A stretch of DNA of 63,420 nt, counting the filler, from Collodictyon triciliatum (lineage: Eukaryota), in assembly GCA_043381765.1 (NCBI GenBank). It is 30 parts of 30 records of this genome, joined end to end, with 100 filler letters (N's around TTAATTAATTAA, not from the genome) between each part and the next. Parts side by side here need not be neighbours in the genome. Positions count along the whole stretch, not along the records: positions 50,850 to 52,862 come from JBHJMP010009724.1; positions 52,963 to 54,975 come from JBHJMP010009725.1; positions 55,076 to 57,087 come from JBHJMP010009726.1; positions 57,188 to 59,199 come from JBHJMP010009727.1; positions 59,300 to 61,310 come from JBHJMP010009728.1; positions 61,411 to 63,420 come from JBHJMP010009729.1; 24 more parts are not named here. One strand, given 5' to 3'. The translations under genes and the position numbers were made by a program. Below the pieces are notes generated by a model. It ran no database searches and had not been told where the DNA came from. It worked only from the letters and a program-made list of their open reading frames with translations. Below, piece by piece: positions 52,451 to 63,420 of the stretch; the first letter of the stretch is position 1, and each line of letters starts with the position of its first letter.

Positions 52451-53067
52451 GCCGTTTGGCATATTTTATCTTTCTTAGTTTTTTTTTCCCCATAGAGTAT
52501 GTCGGTGGTTTGGTACACGCTTTGGTAGGTGCTGACAAAAAGTGTGTTTTGTTGTATGGATATTATATTTGGCATCCGTTACTGGAGAAATAGACACGAT
52601 ATTGTGGTAGCGGTTAGCTAAGGGCTGTGAGGCAGGTCACGCAAGCAGGTCGCGCTACTGGGAGATATGTGAAAACGGTTCCTTTTATTGATTTACTGAT
52701 CCTCTGCTGGGGATCTAGACTACCTTCTTTTGCTTCCTCCGCTACCAACCCACTCACGAATGAAACAATAACAATAACAATAACAATAACAATAACAATA
52801 ACAATAACAATAACAATAACAATAACAATAACAATAACAATAACAATAACAATAACAATAACNNNNNNNNNNNNNNNNNNNNNNNNNNNNNNNNNNNNNN
52901 NNNNNNTTAATTAATTAANNNNNNNNNNNNNNNNNNNNNNNNNNNNNNNNNNNNNNNNNNNNGGAAAAAAGCGGAGGTCTGCTTGAAAAAAACCCAGAGA
53001 ATCTCTCCATCTAAAATGAATATAGTTAACGAACATATATTAATATGCATTTATTATACTACTTACC

Positions 53068-54975
53068 TTGTTAAGCTGCGGCTTTCTTTCTCCAATCAGC
53101 TGCTTTCTAGGTCTCCTTCTCAACACCCCATCCATTCTCATAGCACTCAGCAACAATAGAAACAGCTTGTGGATATTTGTGTTTACTAATTTTTCTTCCC
53201 CAATACTGCTGGATATCTTCCTTCATTTCAGCCATTTCCTTCAAAACATTGAATGCATCCTTTGAGCCTTGTTGAGCAAGTTGCTTCAGTTTTTCAAAGT
53301 TTTCAGCTGCTTTTAGGGCCAAGAGACTCCACCCAGCTGCTTTCTCAATGTCTTTCTCAACACCCCATCCATTCTCATAGCACTCAGCAACAATAGACAT
53401 AGCCTGTGGATACTTGTGTTTTTCACCAATTTTTTGTCCCCACATGCCCAGGATGTCTTCCTTCATTTCAGCCATTTCCTTCAAAACATTGAATGCCTCC
53501 TTTGAGCCTTGTTGCGCAAATTGCTTCAGTTTCTCAAAGTTTTCAGCCTTTCCACTGAATATTTCCCATTTAAGAGACAACGAAGAGTCCTTCTCAACAC
53601 CCTATCCATTCTCATAGCACTCAGCAACAATAGAAACAGCCTGTGGATATTTGTATCTTCCATATTCTATGATTTCACCCATTTCTTTCAAAACGCTGAA
53701 TGCATCCTTTGAGCCTTGTTGAGCAAGTTGCTTCAGTTTTTCAAAGTTCTCAGCTTTTCCAAGCCACTCGATATATCTTGTAGTGTCCTTCTCAACACCC
53801 CACCCATTCTCATGGCATTCAGCAACAACAGAAACAGCGCGTGAATATTTGTGTTTTTCACCAATTTTGTCTCCGCATGTCCCATATTTCAGGATATCTT
53901 CCTTCATTTCAGCCATTTCTTTCAAAAAATTGAATGCCTCCTTTGAGCCTTGTTGTGCTAGTTGCTTCAGTTTTTCAAAGTTTTCGGCTTTTCCGAACCA
54001 CTCAGCTGCTTTCTCAGTGACCTTCTCGACACCCCATCCATTCTCATAGCATTCAGCCATCATTTGAGACTGGAACAAGGTGAACTTACCCTGCTCACAA
54101 TAGGCAGCAAAGTCCGCATCGAAGGAAGCAGCACCGATTGAAAGTAGAAGGGATTTGTTGAATTGACTCAATCCCGTGACATTTCTGATTTGAATGCTTC
54201 CACCTTGCAGCTTACTTGGGCCGATAATCTGGACTATCCTTGCATCTTGGATTCTGTTGGTGTCAATCAGATTCATCGCATCGCTTGTTCTATTGAATAC
54301 TGCGATGACTTCGTCTGGATTTTCTTTGTTGACGAGGTATTTTCCTTGGGTGTAAGTCACTTCTGACTTTTGAAGGCTGTGTGTTTGGTTTCCTGTGGCT
54401 ACATCCCAAATACGTATTGTCTTATCTTCACTTCCAGAAGCCAGCCAGTTTTCACCGTTCGGCCCTTGAAAACTGCAAACACACCAGACAGTATTTGCAT
54501 GACCTTTTAATATATTGATTTGGTTTCCTGTGGTTACATCCCAAATACGTATTGTGTTATCATTACTTCCAGAAGCCAACCAATTTTCGCCATTCATTCC
54601 TTGAATACTGCAAACACTCCTGACAGCACTTGTATGACCTTCTAATATTTTGATTTGGTTTCCTGTGGCTACATCCCAAATACGTATTGTTTTATCACCA
54701 CTTCCAGAAGCCAGCCAATTTTCGCCATTCGGTCCTTGAATACTGCAAACACTATTGACAGCACCCCAATGACCTTCTAATGTTTTGATTTGGTTTCCTG
54801 TGGTTACATCCCAAATACGTATTGTCTTATCTTCACTTCCAGAAGCCAGCCAGTTTTCACCGTTCGGCCCTTGAAAACTGCAAACACACCAGACGTAATT
54901 TGTATGACCTTTTAATGTTTTGATTTGGTTTCCTGTGGCTACATCCCAAATACGTATTGTTTTATCATGACTTCC
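53068..54975 (-). pseudogene. WD40-repeat plus Sel1-like-repeat protein with in-frame stops (5'-truncated)
   Basis: 135-nt WD40 units (GS.DKTIRIWDV.TGNQI..L.GH...V..VCS.QG.NGENWLAS) followed by five AEC(Y/H)ENG(W)GVEK units. In-frame TAG at 53602-53604 and 53107-53109. Confidence 0.85.
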
Positions 54976-55938
54976 NNNNNNNNNNNNNNNNNNNNNNNNN
55001 NNNNNNNNNNNNNNNNNNNTTAATTAATTAANNNNNNNNNNNNNNNNNNNNNNNNNNNNNNNNNNNNNNNNNNNNTCTGCGCCTGGGAGGGAAAGGGTGT
55101 GGGCGTGGCGTGGTGAGACCAAAGCAGGCGGGTGGGCATACCAGTCGGAGGGGTGAAAGGGAGCGCGGAGGGCTACTGAACAGGGCCGAGTGTGGTTTAT
55201 TTGGGGGCGCTTTTGTCGGGTTTGCCGCGTTGTGTTTCGGAGTTAGACTCCGCGAAGAGCGTGTGGTTTCCAAGCACCCCACAAGGCAAAAAAACCGCCC
55301 ATGTCTTAATTTTCTGATTCCAGTATTTTCGAGGCCATTTCCGTATCGAGAGCCCCACCCCGTATCTGCCCCAGAAATCCTCCCTTTATCCATATACCCA
55401 CCATCTTTTTTTTTTAATTTTTTTTTTTAAGAAAAATTCCTTTTACAATCGAACGAATCAACTAGTGTCACAAGACGCTAAGGAGGCAAAGAACGCGAGC
55501 AGCACAGGCTTTTCCTTCTTTTCCTTTCGTTCTCTTACAGATCCACACCGCGAACACAAGTTTCTCCTTAGTGCTTCGAGCTAGGCTTGAACGCAGATTG
55601 TTGCGCACCGTTCTGTACGAGGCTCGGGTGTTGGAGAATGGAAAACACGATGCCAGCGTCCTATGCATCTCTGTCTCTTAAGATGGAGGATATGATGCAG
55701 ATTCTGACTGCCAAACAAGAATTTTACACAACATATATACATAAAGGCTTGTGTGTGTTTTTTTTTCTCAGAGTCTGTGTTGATATGAAAATATTGTTTT
55801 GTGTCCATCTTGAAGATTTCGTGATGGACTCTAATCAAAAGCGTATATTGTAAACGATTTGCGTGGGAATACTGTTGTTTGATATTTTCATTACAAACTT
55901 GGTGCATAGCAGAGAAAAAGTGAAAGAGATGGATATAC

Positions 55939-57087
55939 CCGGAGACGTTCCAAAATGCGAGTGTTGCGAAAGGCAATGCCGGGTGTGACTGCACCACGAA
56001 CAGGAATCGACCTCTTGTGTGGTGAGCAAACCATTTTATGTGAGGAAAACGTCGGAATGTGCTAGCTTATTCCATATCACCACCACCAACCCCTTTGGGG
56101 CTAGGTCAGAGTGCGTTTAAAATGATGGGTGTTCACGCTTAAAGATCGTATGAAGCAAACCCGTTCGTCAAGCAAAGTGCGGGCAACTGCAAATATGATG
56201 GCTGCGGTCCCTGAATAGCCTGGATCTATCAAACGAGCAACATAGTTAATCTGTTGACCACTATATCAAAGAGGCCGAGACGATGCATACATAAAATCTT
56301 AAACGCGAATATATCTATGAAATGAATAAAAAAAATGGAAACAAATAAATAAATTCAAAAAGAAAAGAAATCGATTGCTACAGCTGTAATCGCACCTGTT
56401 CCAGTGAACGATGTCACTACTTCGCAATCTGGTGAGCCCACCTTGTTTCCAGTGTAGCCTCTTAGCACATTCATTAAATTATTAGTTTTAAAAAGAATAT
56501 AATGAAAAAAATACACAAGATGAAGTATTCATAATGTAGTTTACCAGGACTGGTAATAAAAGGTAAACTACTCTCCAAAAGTTACCAACCTTCCAAAAAA
56601 CACCATTTCAAACGTTGTTTGCTCCCGCTGCTCTCGCGTAGGGCCTTCATGTGTAAAGAGCCCAAGACTGAATATCGAAGGATACTAGATGGAAAGCTTT
56701 GAGATAAGGCTTATGAGAAATGAGAGAATCTCAAGTTTACCTCCAGGAGCAACTTTCGTCCATAGGCGAAACTGACAAAAACTCTGAAGATGGACCCAAC
56801 GAGTATTGTTACTGCACACCAGAGTTAAATAATCATCAGATATAAATTCCATGATCTGCAAGCTCAAGTCAATGAATATCTTCATATCCATAGTAAACAT
56901 CATGTTCTTTTCCTTCTTTTTTAAATAAGAAATTTACACGCAAGATATCTAAAACCGAAAAGCGTAAAATACGCAGCATACTGAACTGGATATGCATTTG
57001 CGCTGTTTGTTGATACCAGCAGTTGTTGCGTTCTTCTGACCTGAGAATAACCATGTCCATGTATTCATACCAAAATCGAAGTTCACA
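55939..57087 (-). CDS. Saccharopine dehydrogenase-like oxidoreductase (SCCPDH family), 3' exons
   Basis: Spliced FAYGRKLLLEYPSIFSLGLFTHEGPTREQ..FEMVFFG, DPGYSGTAAIIFAVARTLLDER and GAVTPGIAFRNTRILERL. Confidence 0.8.
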
Positions 57088-57562
57088 NNNNNNNNNNNNN
57101 NNNNNNNNNNNNNNNNNNNNNNNNNNNNNNNTTAATTAATTAANNNNNNNNNNNNNNNNNNNNNNNNNNNNNNNNNNNNNNNNNNNNTTTTTTTGTTTTT
57201 TTGTTTTTTTGTTTTTTTTGTTTTTTTTGTTTTTTGTTTTTGTTTTTTGTTAAATCTTTTGGAGAGTATGATGGAGGCAACCTTTCTTAACAAAAAAAGA
57301 TCATGACAGATCCTTAAGACTTGAGCGCTGTATGAGTCCTAAGGATTCATCACTAGTTGCACTATCCGAAAACAAATGAAGTAGGAGTGGAGTGGAGAGT
57401 CTTTCTTGTGCTTGCTCGAGCGTTTTTCTTGTCTGTCGTCTACAGTCTTTTTGTGAAGCTTACATGCGTGTCAACCTCCACTTCTTTTTGTAATATTGAT
57501 TAATGTTTGTTTTTTGATTGGCTATGAAATATATTAAGAGTGAAATCTTTGAAAAAAGTGCG

Positions 57563-58970
57563 ATGGATTCACCACTGCGGGGGACTTCATCCAGTACGTT
57601 GGCTGGAATCTTATCAACCGCCCGAGCCTCGCTTCACCATCCTGTTCGCCCTGAGACTCCCGGAGAAGATCCGCGCCTCCTCCTAACGCTGGATGAATCA
57701 TCCCGTCCGAGCACCGGACGCAGGTTTCGCATATATCTCGCGTTTTCTCTGGCCAAAGAACGATTTTTCCTCGTTATATAAGAGATATGCTTTCAGAACC
57801 TGCATACGGGTTTTACCAACTTAGCCTGTTCATCATAATTTGAATCACAATGAATTATCCTTCCTTTATGATTATCATGAATAATATCAATAGTCATTCC
57901 AGCCGACTCACACCACGAAGTGCAACACCAAATGAAATGAAACTTACTGATACGTCTTCATCGGCCAAAAGAACCTCTGTATGTTTTTATTTAAAAAAAA
58001 TGCTACTGGTATTCATTTCTTATTTTATTTAAACATTTTGCCTAGGTTGATTTCCCATTTTGGATTTAAATGGATTATTATTGCATTTTTGTTTACATTT
58101 TTTGAATTTGATGACAAAATTTTGATGTTTTGAATTAAATCAATTGAAGATTGCTCTGAAACAGGTGAATAATTTGTTTCTGTATCCATCTAGAAAAGAA
58201 ATGATTCGAGGGTGTCAGTTCTAGTCGATACTCACCACCAAAGTCTGGATTCTGAAACGGCACTAATTAATCACAAACAAGCAACAAGATCAGCCAGTGT
58301 TGGCATGGCTCGTCCTTCTACTGCGCAACTTAATAAGCTACGTCAAGATATGTCAACGAACGAAAAAAATTTCTCTCGGCAACCCGAAGGAATCCCACCC
58401 AGAATATCAAGGAAAAGCAAAGAAAAGGCAAAGTCTTCGAATACATCAGATTCACTGCCTCCAAAATCCCGGTCGGCTTCTCGTCCCTCCTCCATAGAAG
58501 GCACAGAAAGGAAACTATTGAAAAGTTCCCCCAATAAGGCGTCACCTAATAGTGAAATGCCCGTACATGGAAGAGTGGAGAAGGTTATGAACAATATCAA
58601 AGCACACGTTGCGCTGGGAAAAGCGATTGACGATGATTTGGTTTTGTTGGTGGATTGTGTGCAATCATACGAGTCATCGTCCTCTTCGGAACGTATTAAC
58701 ATGGTTGAAACCCTTCTCCACCTTCTGGACTCTGATTTAGGCACTGCATCTGTCCTTAAATTATGCTTGGTCTTGTTGAAGGTATGGGATCAGAAAAAAT
58801 CACGTTTTATCGAATAAGGCGCCGTCAAATGATATTGATAAATGTAACGTCGTTTCTTTGAAAGATATCGGTTGGTGACGAAGGTTTTCTGGTCGCCGTT
58901 GGAGACCGTTTATTTGGCCTGAGTACCAAGAAAGAAAATGATGATATTTTCTTTACTGAAAAAATACTAG
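57563..58970 (+). CDS. ARMC2: Armadillo repeat-containing protein 2-like (ciliary), 5' exons
   Basis: ILSTARASLHHPVRPETPGEDPRLL and LKLCLVLLK..GDRLFGLSTKKENDDIF resemble conserved ARMC2 blocks. Confidence 0.6.
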
Positions 58971-61524
58971 GTGAAGATATATACATTACATAATTTTTAC
59001 TATCTCTTTCATTTTTGAGAGACAGAGAACTCATTTGAAATATTGTGTACCCGAATTTCGGATTTCTTTAAATTACTTTGGTGTCTTCTCTTTTTTTTCT
59101 TTTTTTCTTTTTTCTTTTTTCTTTTTTCTTTTTTCTCTTTTTTCTCTTTTTTTTCTCTTTTTTTTTCTCTTTTTTTTTCTCTTTTTTTTTCTCTTTTTTN
59201 NNNNNNNNNNNNNNNNNNNNNNNNNNNNNNNNNNNNNNNNNNNTTAATTAATTAANNNNNNNNNNNNNNNNNNNNNNNNNNNNNNNNNNNNNNNNNNNNT
59301 CATTTTCCATCCAAATCAGTCCTATTGCAAGAGAGAAGGGGTTTCCACAACACGGACATGCCTAGACAGAGTGCTTGAAAGTAGAAGCGGTGTTTTCAGG
59401 GTTCAGAGTTGTTCGCTCCCTTTCTTTACGAAGGTCTTCTACGACTACCAGATTTTAACAGACTTTCATTTACAATTAATCTCTGATACACCACTCATTG
59501 CTGTAAGGGCAGTGATTCTTGAAGACAGGTCTTTTGGATAAATATGGGGGCAAAGTTATCAGATGTCAATAGGTGCGATTTGCTGAATGCCATGAAGTCG
59601 AATTCATTTACTTTATTTTTATTTTTGTTTTTGTTTTGCTAAGTTGCCATGTGCTTCCTATCTATAATATCTCCATCATCGCCATAATCACCAAAGCCCT
59701 CTTACCCACGTAACCAATCAACTAGTTGGACAACTCACCTGAGCAATTCGCTATCCCTGATTTCTTCCCAGTGCTAGCCTCTTCATAGTAGTGCCTTTTC
59801 CTACTCGTGTTTGCCTTCTACCATGCGTACATCTCTCGCCCTTTGTGCGGCTTTATAGTGTTGTACAATCAATCAAACAAAGGAAAAGAATTCGTCGCCA
59901 TCACTGTCATTATCAAGACCATAATGCAAAGATTAACTGACAGCATTGCTTCGAATTGTGAAGGTTAAGAATCTCAGGGAGTGACAAAAAAATGTTTAGT
60001 ACAGTCCTTTTGAAAAATCATCTATTAATATGGTACATCGCTTCATATTGGTATACAAGAAAGTATCTACATATTCGGAAGCTTCTTTCCTTAATGGCCA
60101 ACACATTCCATTCCTGTATCTCGATTATGGGGCACTTCATTTCTTACCATCCTGACTGAATCATAGAGTCTTTGGTTTGCATGAGTGATTTTTTCACTTC
60201 ATAGATTCGCATGATGATGCCACTCGCTATTGGAAATGCTTGTGGGGCCATTTGATATGAGCATAAGATTCATGAAAACTTGACTCACTCCAGTAAGGTC
60301 GATGGGGACAGTTTCTGTCCAAAAGACATCAAGTGAAGTAGAATCTTGGTCGGGCCGAATGTCTTACAAAAAAAAGGGGTTCCTCACCGTGACAGGAAGA
60401 TTGTCCAAGAGCTGTGTAACGTCCCTTTTGTAGCGCTTTTGGACTTCCATGAAAGTTCGCAATGGATTCAACATATGCGCTCGGCTCATGAAAGAATGGA
60501 CTATTCATTACTTGCCATGAAGAAAGACGAAACTGTCTTGTCATTTGCTTTTGGATACTTGACCCGAAGTATTACATTTCCATCGCGCCCTTTTACTCAC
60601 GTATCAATAATAGAATGATTATGTTCTCAAATCATACTCGAAAATGCAGTGCCATTGGTGCATATGTTGCTGGCGGTCTCGCTCGTTATGTTTGGTGCTG
60701 ACCTCGAACCGAAGGCGGCTATACTTCCAATGGTGGACGCAATCATTGAGAGAATCTGTGTCGCATATATAACGGGTATTGATAAAATATCCACTCTGCA
60801 CGGCACCATAAGAACTCAAACAGCAGGAAAGGCAAAGAGAAGGAAGAGGTATACGTGAGAAGTGAGAGATTACCAGACACTAAGCATAGGTATGGACTCG
60901 TTGTATTTGTTTGTTGATATATTGCATTTCGATCTTTGAGAGTCTCGAATATACTCGCAACCTCAGCCCCAGCTTTCACATCGAACCAAATGTCTATGCG
61001 AGTGTATTATTGTGTTATGATGCACTTGAGTTAAGTGTTTGCGAAGAAAGCAACAACATGAAAAAACAATAAAACAAAAAAATGAAAAGGAAAACAAAAA
61101 CGTATGCGGAATGATACCAAATGCGTATGTCGACATATGAGAGAGGCGCACCCACTGTGTGTGCACTGTATGCGCTGTGCCGGTCTATATACGCGCATGG
61201 GAGCATGGCCAAGACATCAAAAGTTGTTTAAACCGATCAAGTAGCTAACACTACCTAATCAAAGAGGTATGCTAAGCTCCGTGATGCGATGCCGCAAGGT
61301 GTTGCTTTTTNNNNNNNNNNNNNNNNNNNNNNNNNNNNNNNNNNNNNNNNNNNNTTAATTAATTAANNNNNNNNNNNNNNNNNNNNNNNNNNNNNNNNNN
61401 NNNNNNNNNNTTTATTTTATTTTATTTTGTTTTATTTTGTTTTATTTTATTTTATTTTATTTTATTTTATTTTATTTTATTTTATTTTATTTTATTTTAT
61501 TTTATTTTTTCGTATGTGCTCTAG

Positions 61525-62228
61525 ACTCGCCCTGCCCATTTGGATTATGTCAAAGGCTTCGACATTAAAGTTGGTGGTGAGTTTACGGTCCAGCTTCCTA
61601 TTCCAAATATATTCTAATCCTTATATTATCTCTATACATCGCATTTACCTTTATGCTAAGTTTAGGCTTCCTTTAAGTATTCATCTTAGTGTTCATTTGT
61701 AACTCCATATTCGTGTCTGCTACTTGTCTCGCCATTTCAACGAATCACTCGATCTGTGACCGAGATGTTTTGGCAGAGTGAAAATAACATTTGTTTTTTT
61801 TTTTTCCTATAAGGTCCCACTTTCACTCCGGATGGGAAGACTTTTAATGGCTCCATGTTGATTATATCTGCAAACAGTTTGCATGACGTCCAGGAGTTTG
61901 CGAGAAACGACCCTTACTCAAAGGTACATTATCATACTTGGAATGGTGTAAACAGCTTCGCTCCTTTGATTATTTTTTGATCACATATACCTTTCTTATG
62001 CCCCGAAGCTTCGCATGAGTTTAGCCCTATATTTCTATTACAATCTTACAATTAAAAAAGAAAGAAAAAAGGCTCGGCATTTGTTTAAGTATGTGTATTC
62101 CTATTTGCGTCAAAATACTTTCTTGTGCAGATGTTAACTTTATGTGACCCACTGAACATAAATAGGTTGGTCTTTTTGAAAAGGTCATCATTAAACCATA
62201 CAAGGCTGTCATTGGACTTTCCCATTAG
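61525..62228 (+). CDS. YciI/YCII-family protein, last three exons
   Basis: Exons 61525-61576, 61814-61923 and 62166-62228 give TRPAHLDYV..GGPTF..GSMLIISANSLHDVQEFARNDPYSKVGLF. Confidence 0.88.
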
Positions 62229-63420
62229 AGAGAGAAAGTGGAAAGTGGAAAGGGTAGTGAATTGTCCTGTTTCTACTGAATGAATTGTCCCAGCTCTTTC
62301 GATTTAAACCCACACTATTCGCCAGCTGCAATTTTTTTTATCTTATTTGAGAAATCCTGGGTTTCGTGTTTCTTTATTTTACTCAGCTTGATGGTCGATT
62401 TGGGTGTGGAAAAAAAAAGCGCTTCTTAGGTTGAGGGTAAAAGAAAGATAAACAGCTCAATTACAGCGAGTTGGTCAGGTGGGCGACCCAACTGGTTCAT
62501 TGGCTACTTGGGTAGCAGGTGTTGACTATATGAAAGGGGATATCTTATGTTACATTCCCACATCTCTCTTCACTTGCAGCCAAGGCAGTGGATAATTTGG
62601 GCGTGTTACAGCAAGCTGTTGAAGAGGCTGTATTTCACGAGGATTTCTAGCCTGGGTGTATTAATTTCTTATTATTTCCCATTATTTGAACAAGAATCTC
62701 AGCAGACTCCTTCAGGACCACACCATATGTCTCCTTGTGACTGTCGAGCGTATTCTAGAGTCGTGGGTCATTTGGTATTGTGGGCTAATCAGGATATCAA
62801 ACACACTGAGTTGGTTAGGAGCATAGTCAAGCTCGGAGAGCAACTTGCGGATGCGCCCATTTATTTTCCTTTTTTTTTTCTAGTCCTTTTCTACTACCTA
62901 TCTAAATATACATAATCGTTTCCCTTTATTCGATTGAGATACTCTGTTATAAGTAAATATGGTGCGGTTATTTGAACGCTGACATACGAGGCACAGTTGG
63001 GTAGAACTTGAAGAGACCACTCCACCAGGCAGCAGAAGGACGGTGGCAACTCGGTCCGACGCAACGAGCAAACATCCTTTTGCAGACTCTATCCTGACCA
63101 AAGTTTGTAAGTGATGAGACTCAACACGATGACATCGAGATCAGCAGGCTTTTTTCCTCACCCTTTTCACCAGATCTGTGCATAATTTCCAGCCAAAGAA
63201 AAAAGCATCAGGCATGCCATATTTTGTGTATCGTACCATACCCCGAAATATATCTGTTTTATCATCCCGGGCGTGTACTTCCCTTGTCTTTCTCGCCGGA
63301 ACTCAACTCGCCTCCTGTATTTTTTTTTTTTGCCCCTCTGAACAGGTTTTCACAACTGGAGCAGGCGACTGGGCAGTAGGAAGGCCAAAAAAAAAAAAAA
63401 AAAAAAGGGGGGGGGGGGGG

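Noticed and set aside
2026-61410. Regularly spaced TTAATTAATTAA palindrome resembling a CRISPR-like or biological repeat
   Set aside because: It is always embedded in N-runs and is a synthetic six-frame-stop linker.

Overview
This window is not contiguous DNA. It is 30 unlinked contigs of about 2.01-2.03 kb joined by an artificial 100-bp linker (N44-TTAATTAATTAA-N44), so adjacency across linkers carries no information. The source is an AT-rich, microsatellite-rich microbial eukaryote with GT-AG introns and the standard genetic code. It probably has mitochondrial translation (mL50-like and MTG1/RbgA-like genes) and flagella (ARMC2-like gene). Most contigs carry fragments of spliced housekeeping genes. 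The most notable content is mobile or viral: (1) a decayed Fanzor1 (TnpB-derived RNA-guided nuclease) gene at about 13.16-14.77 kb; (2) an endogenous Polinton-like-virus/virophage-type major capsid gene at 21.89-23.19 kb with a premature stop and a frameshift; (3) a GC-rich element in two copies (about 93% identical, identical end point), one truncating the capsid gene and one just upstream of the Fanzor; (4) a second compact, intronless, virus-like gene block at 42.4-44.4 kb; (5) a LINE ORF1 relic. There are also signs of an NLR-like repeat-receptor repertoire: WD40 repeats with hypervariable positions, TPRs encoded one per exon, and two DUF4062 genes. All family calls come from manual motif recognition, not database searches.
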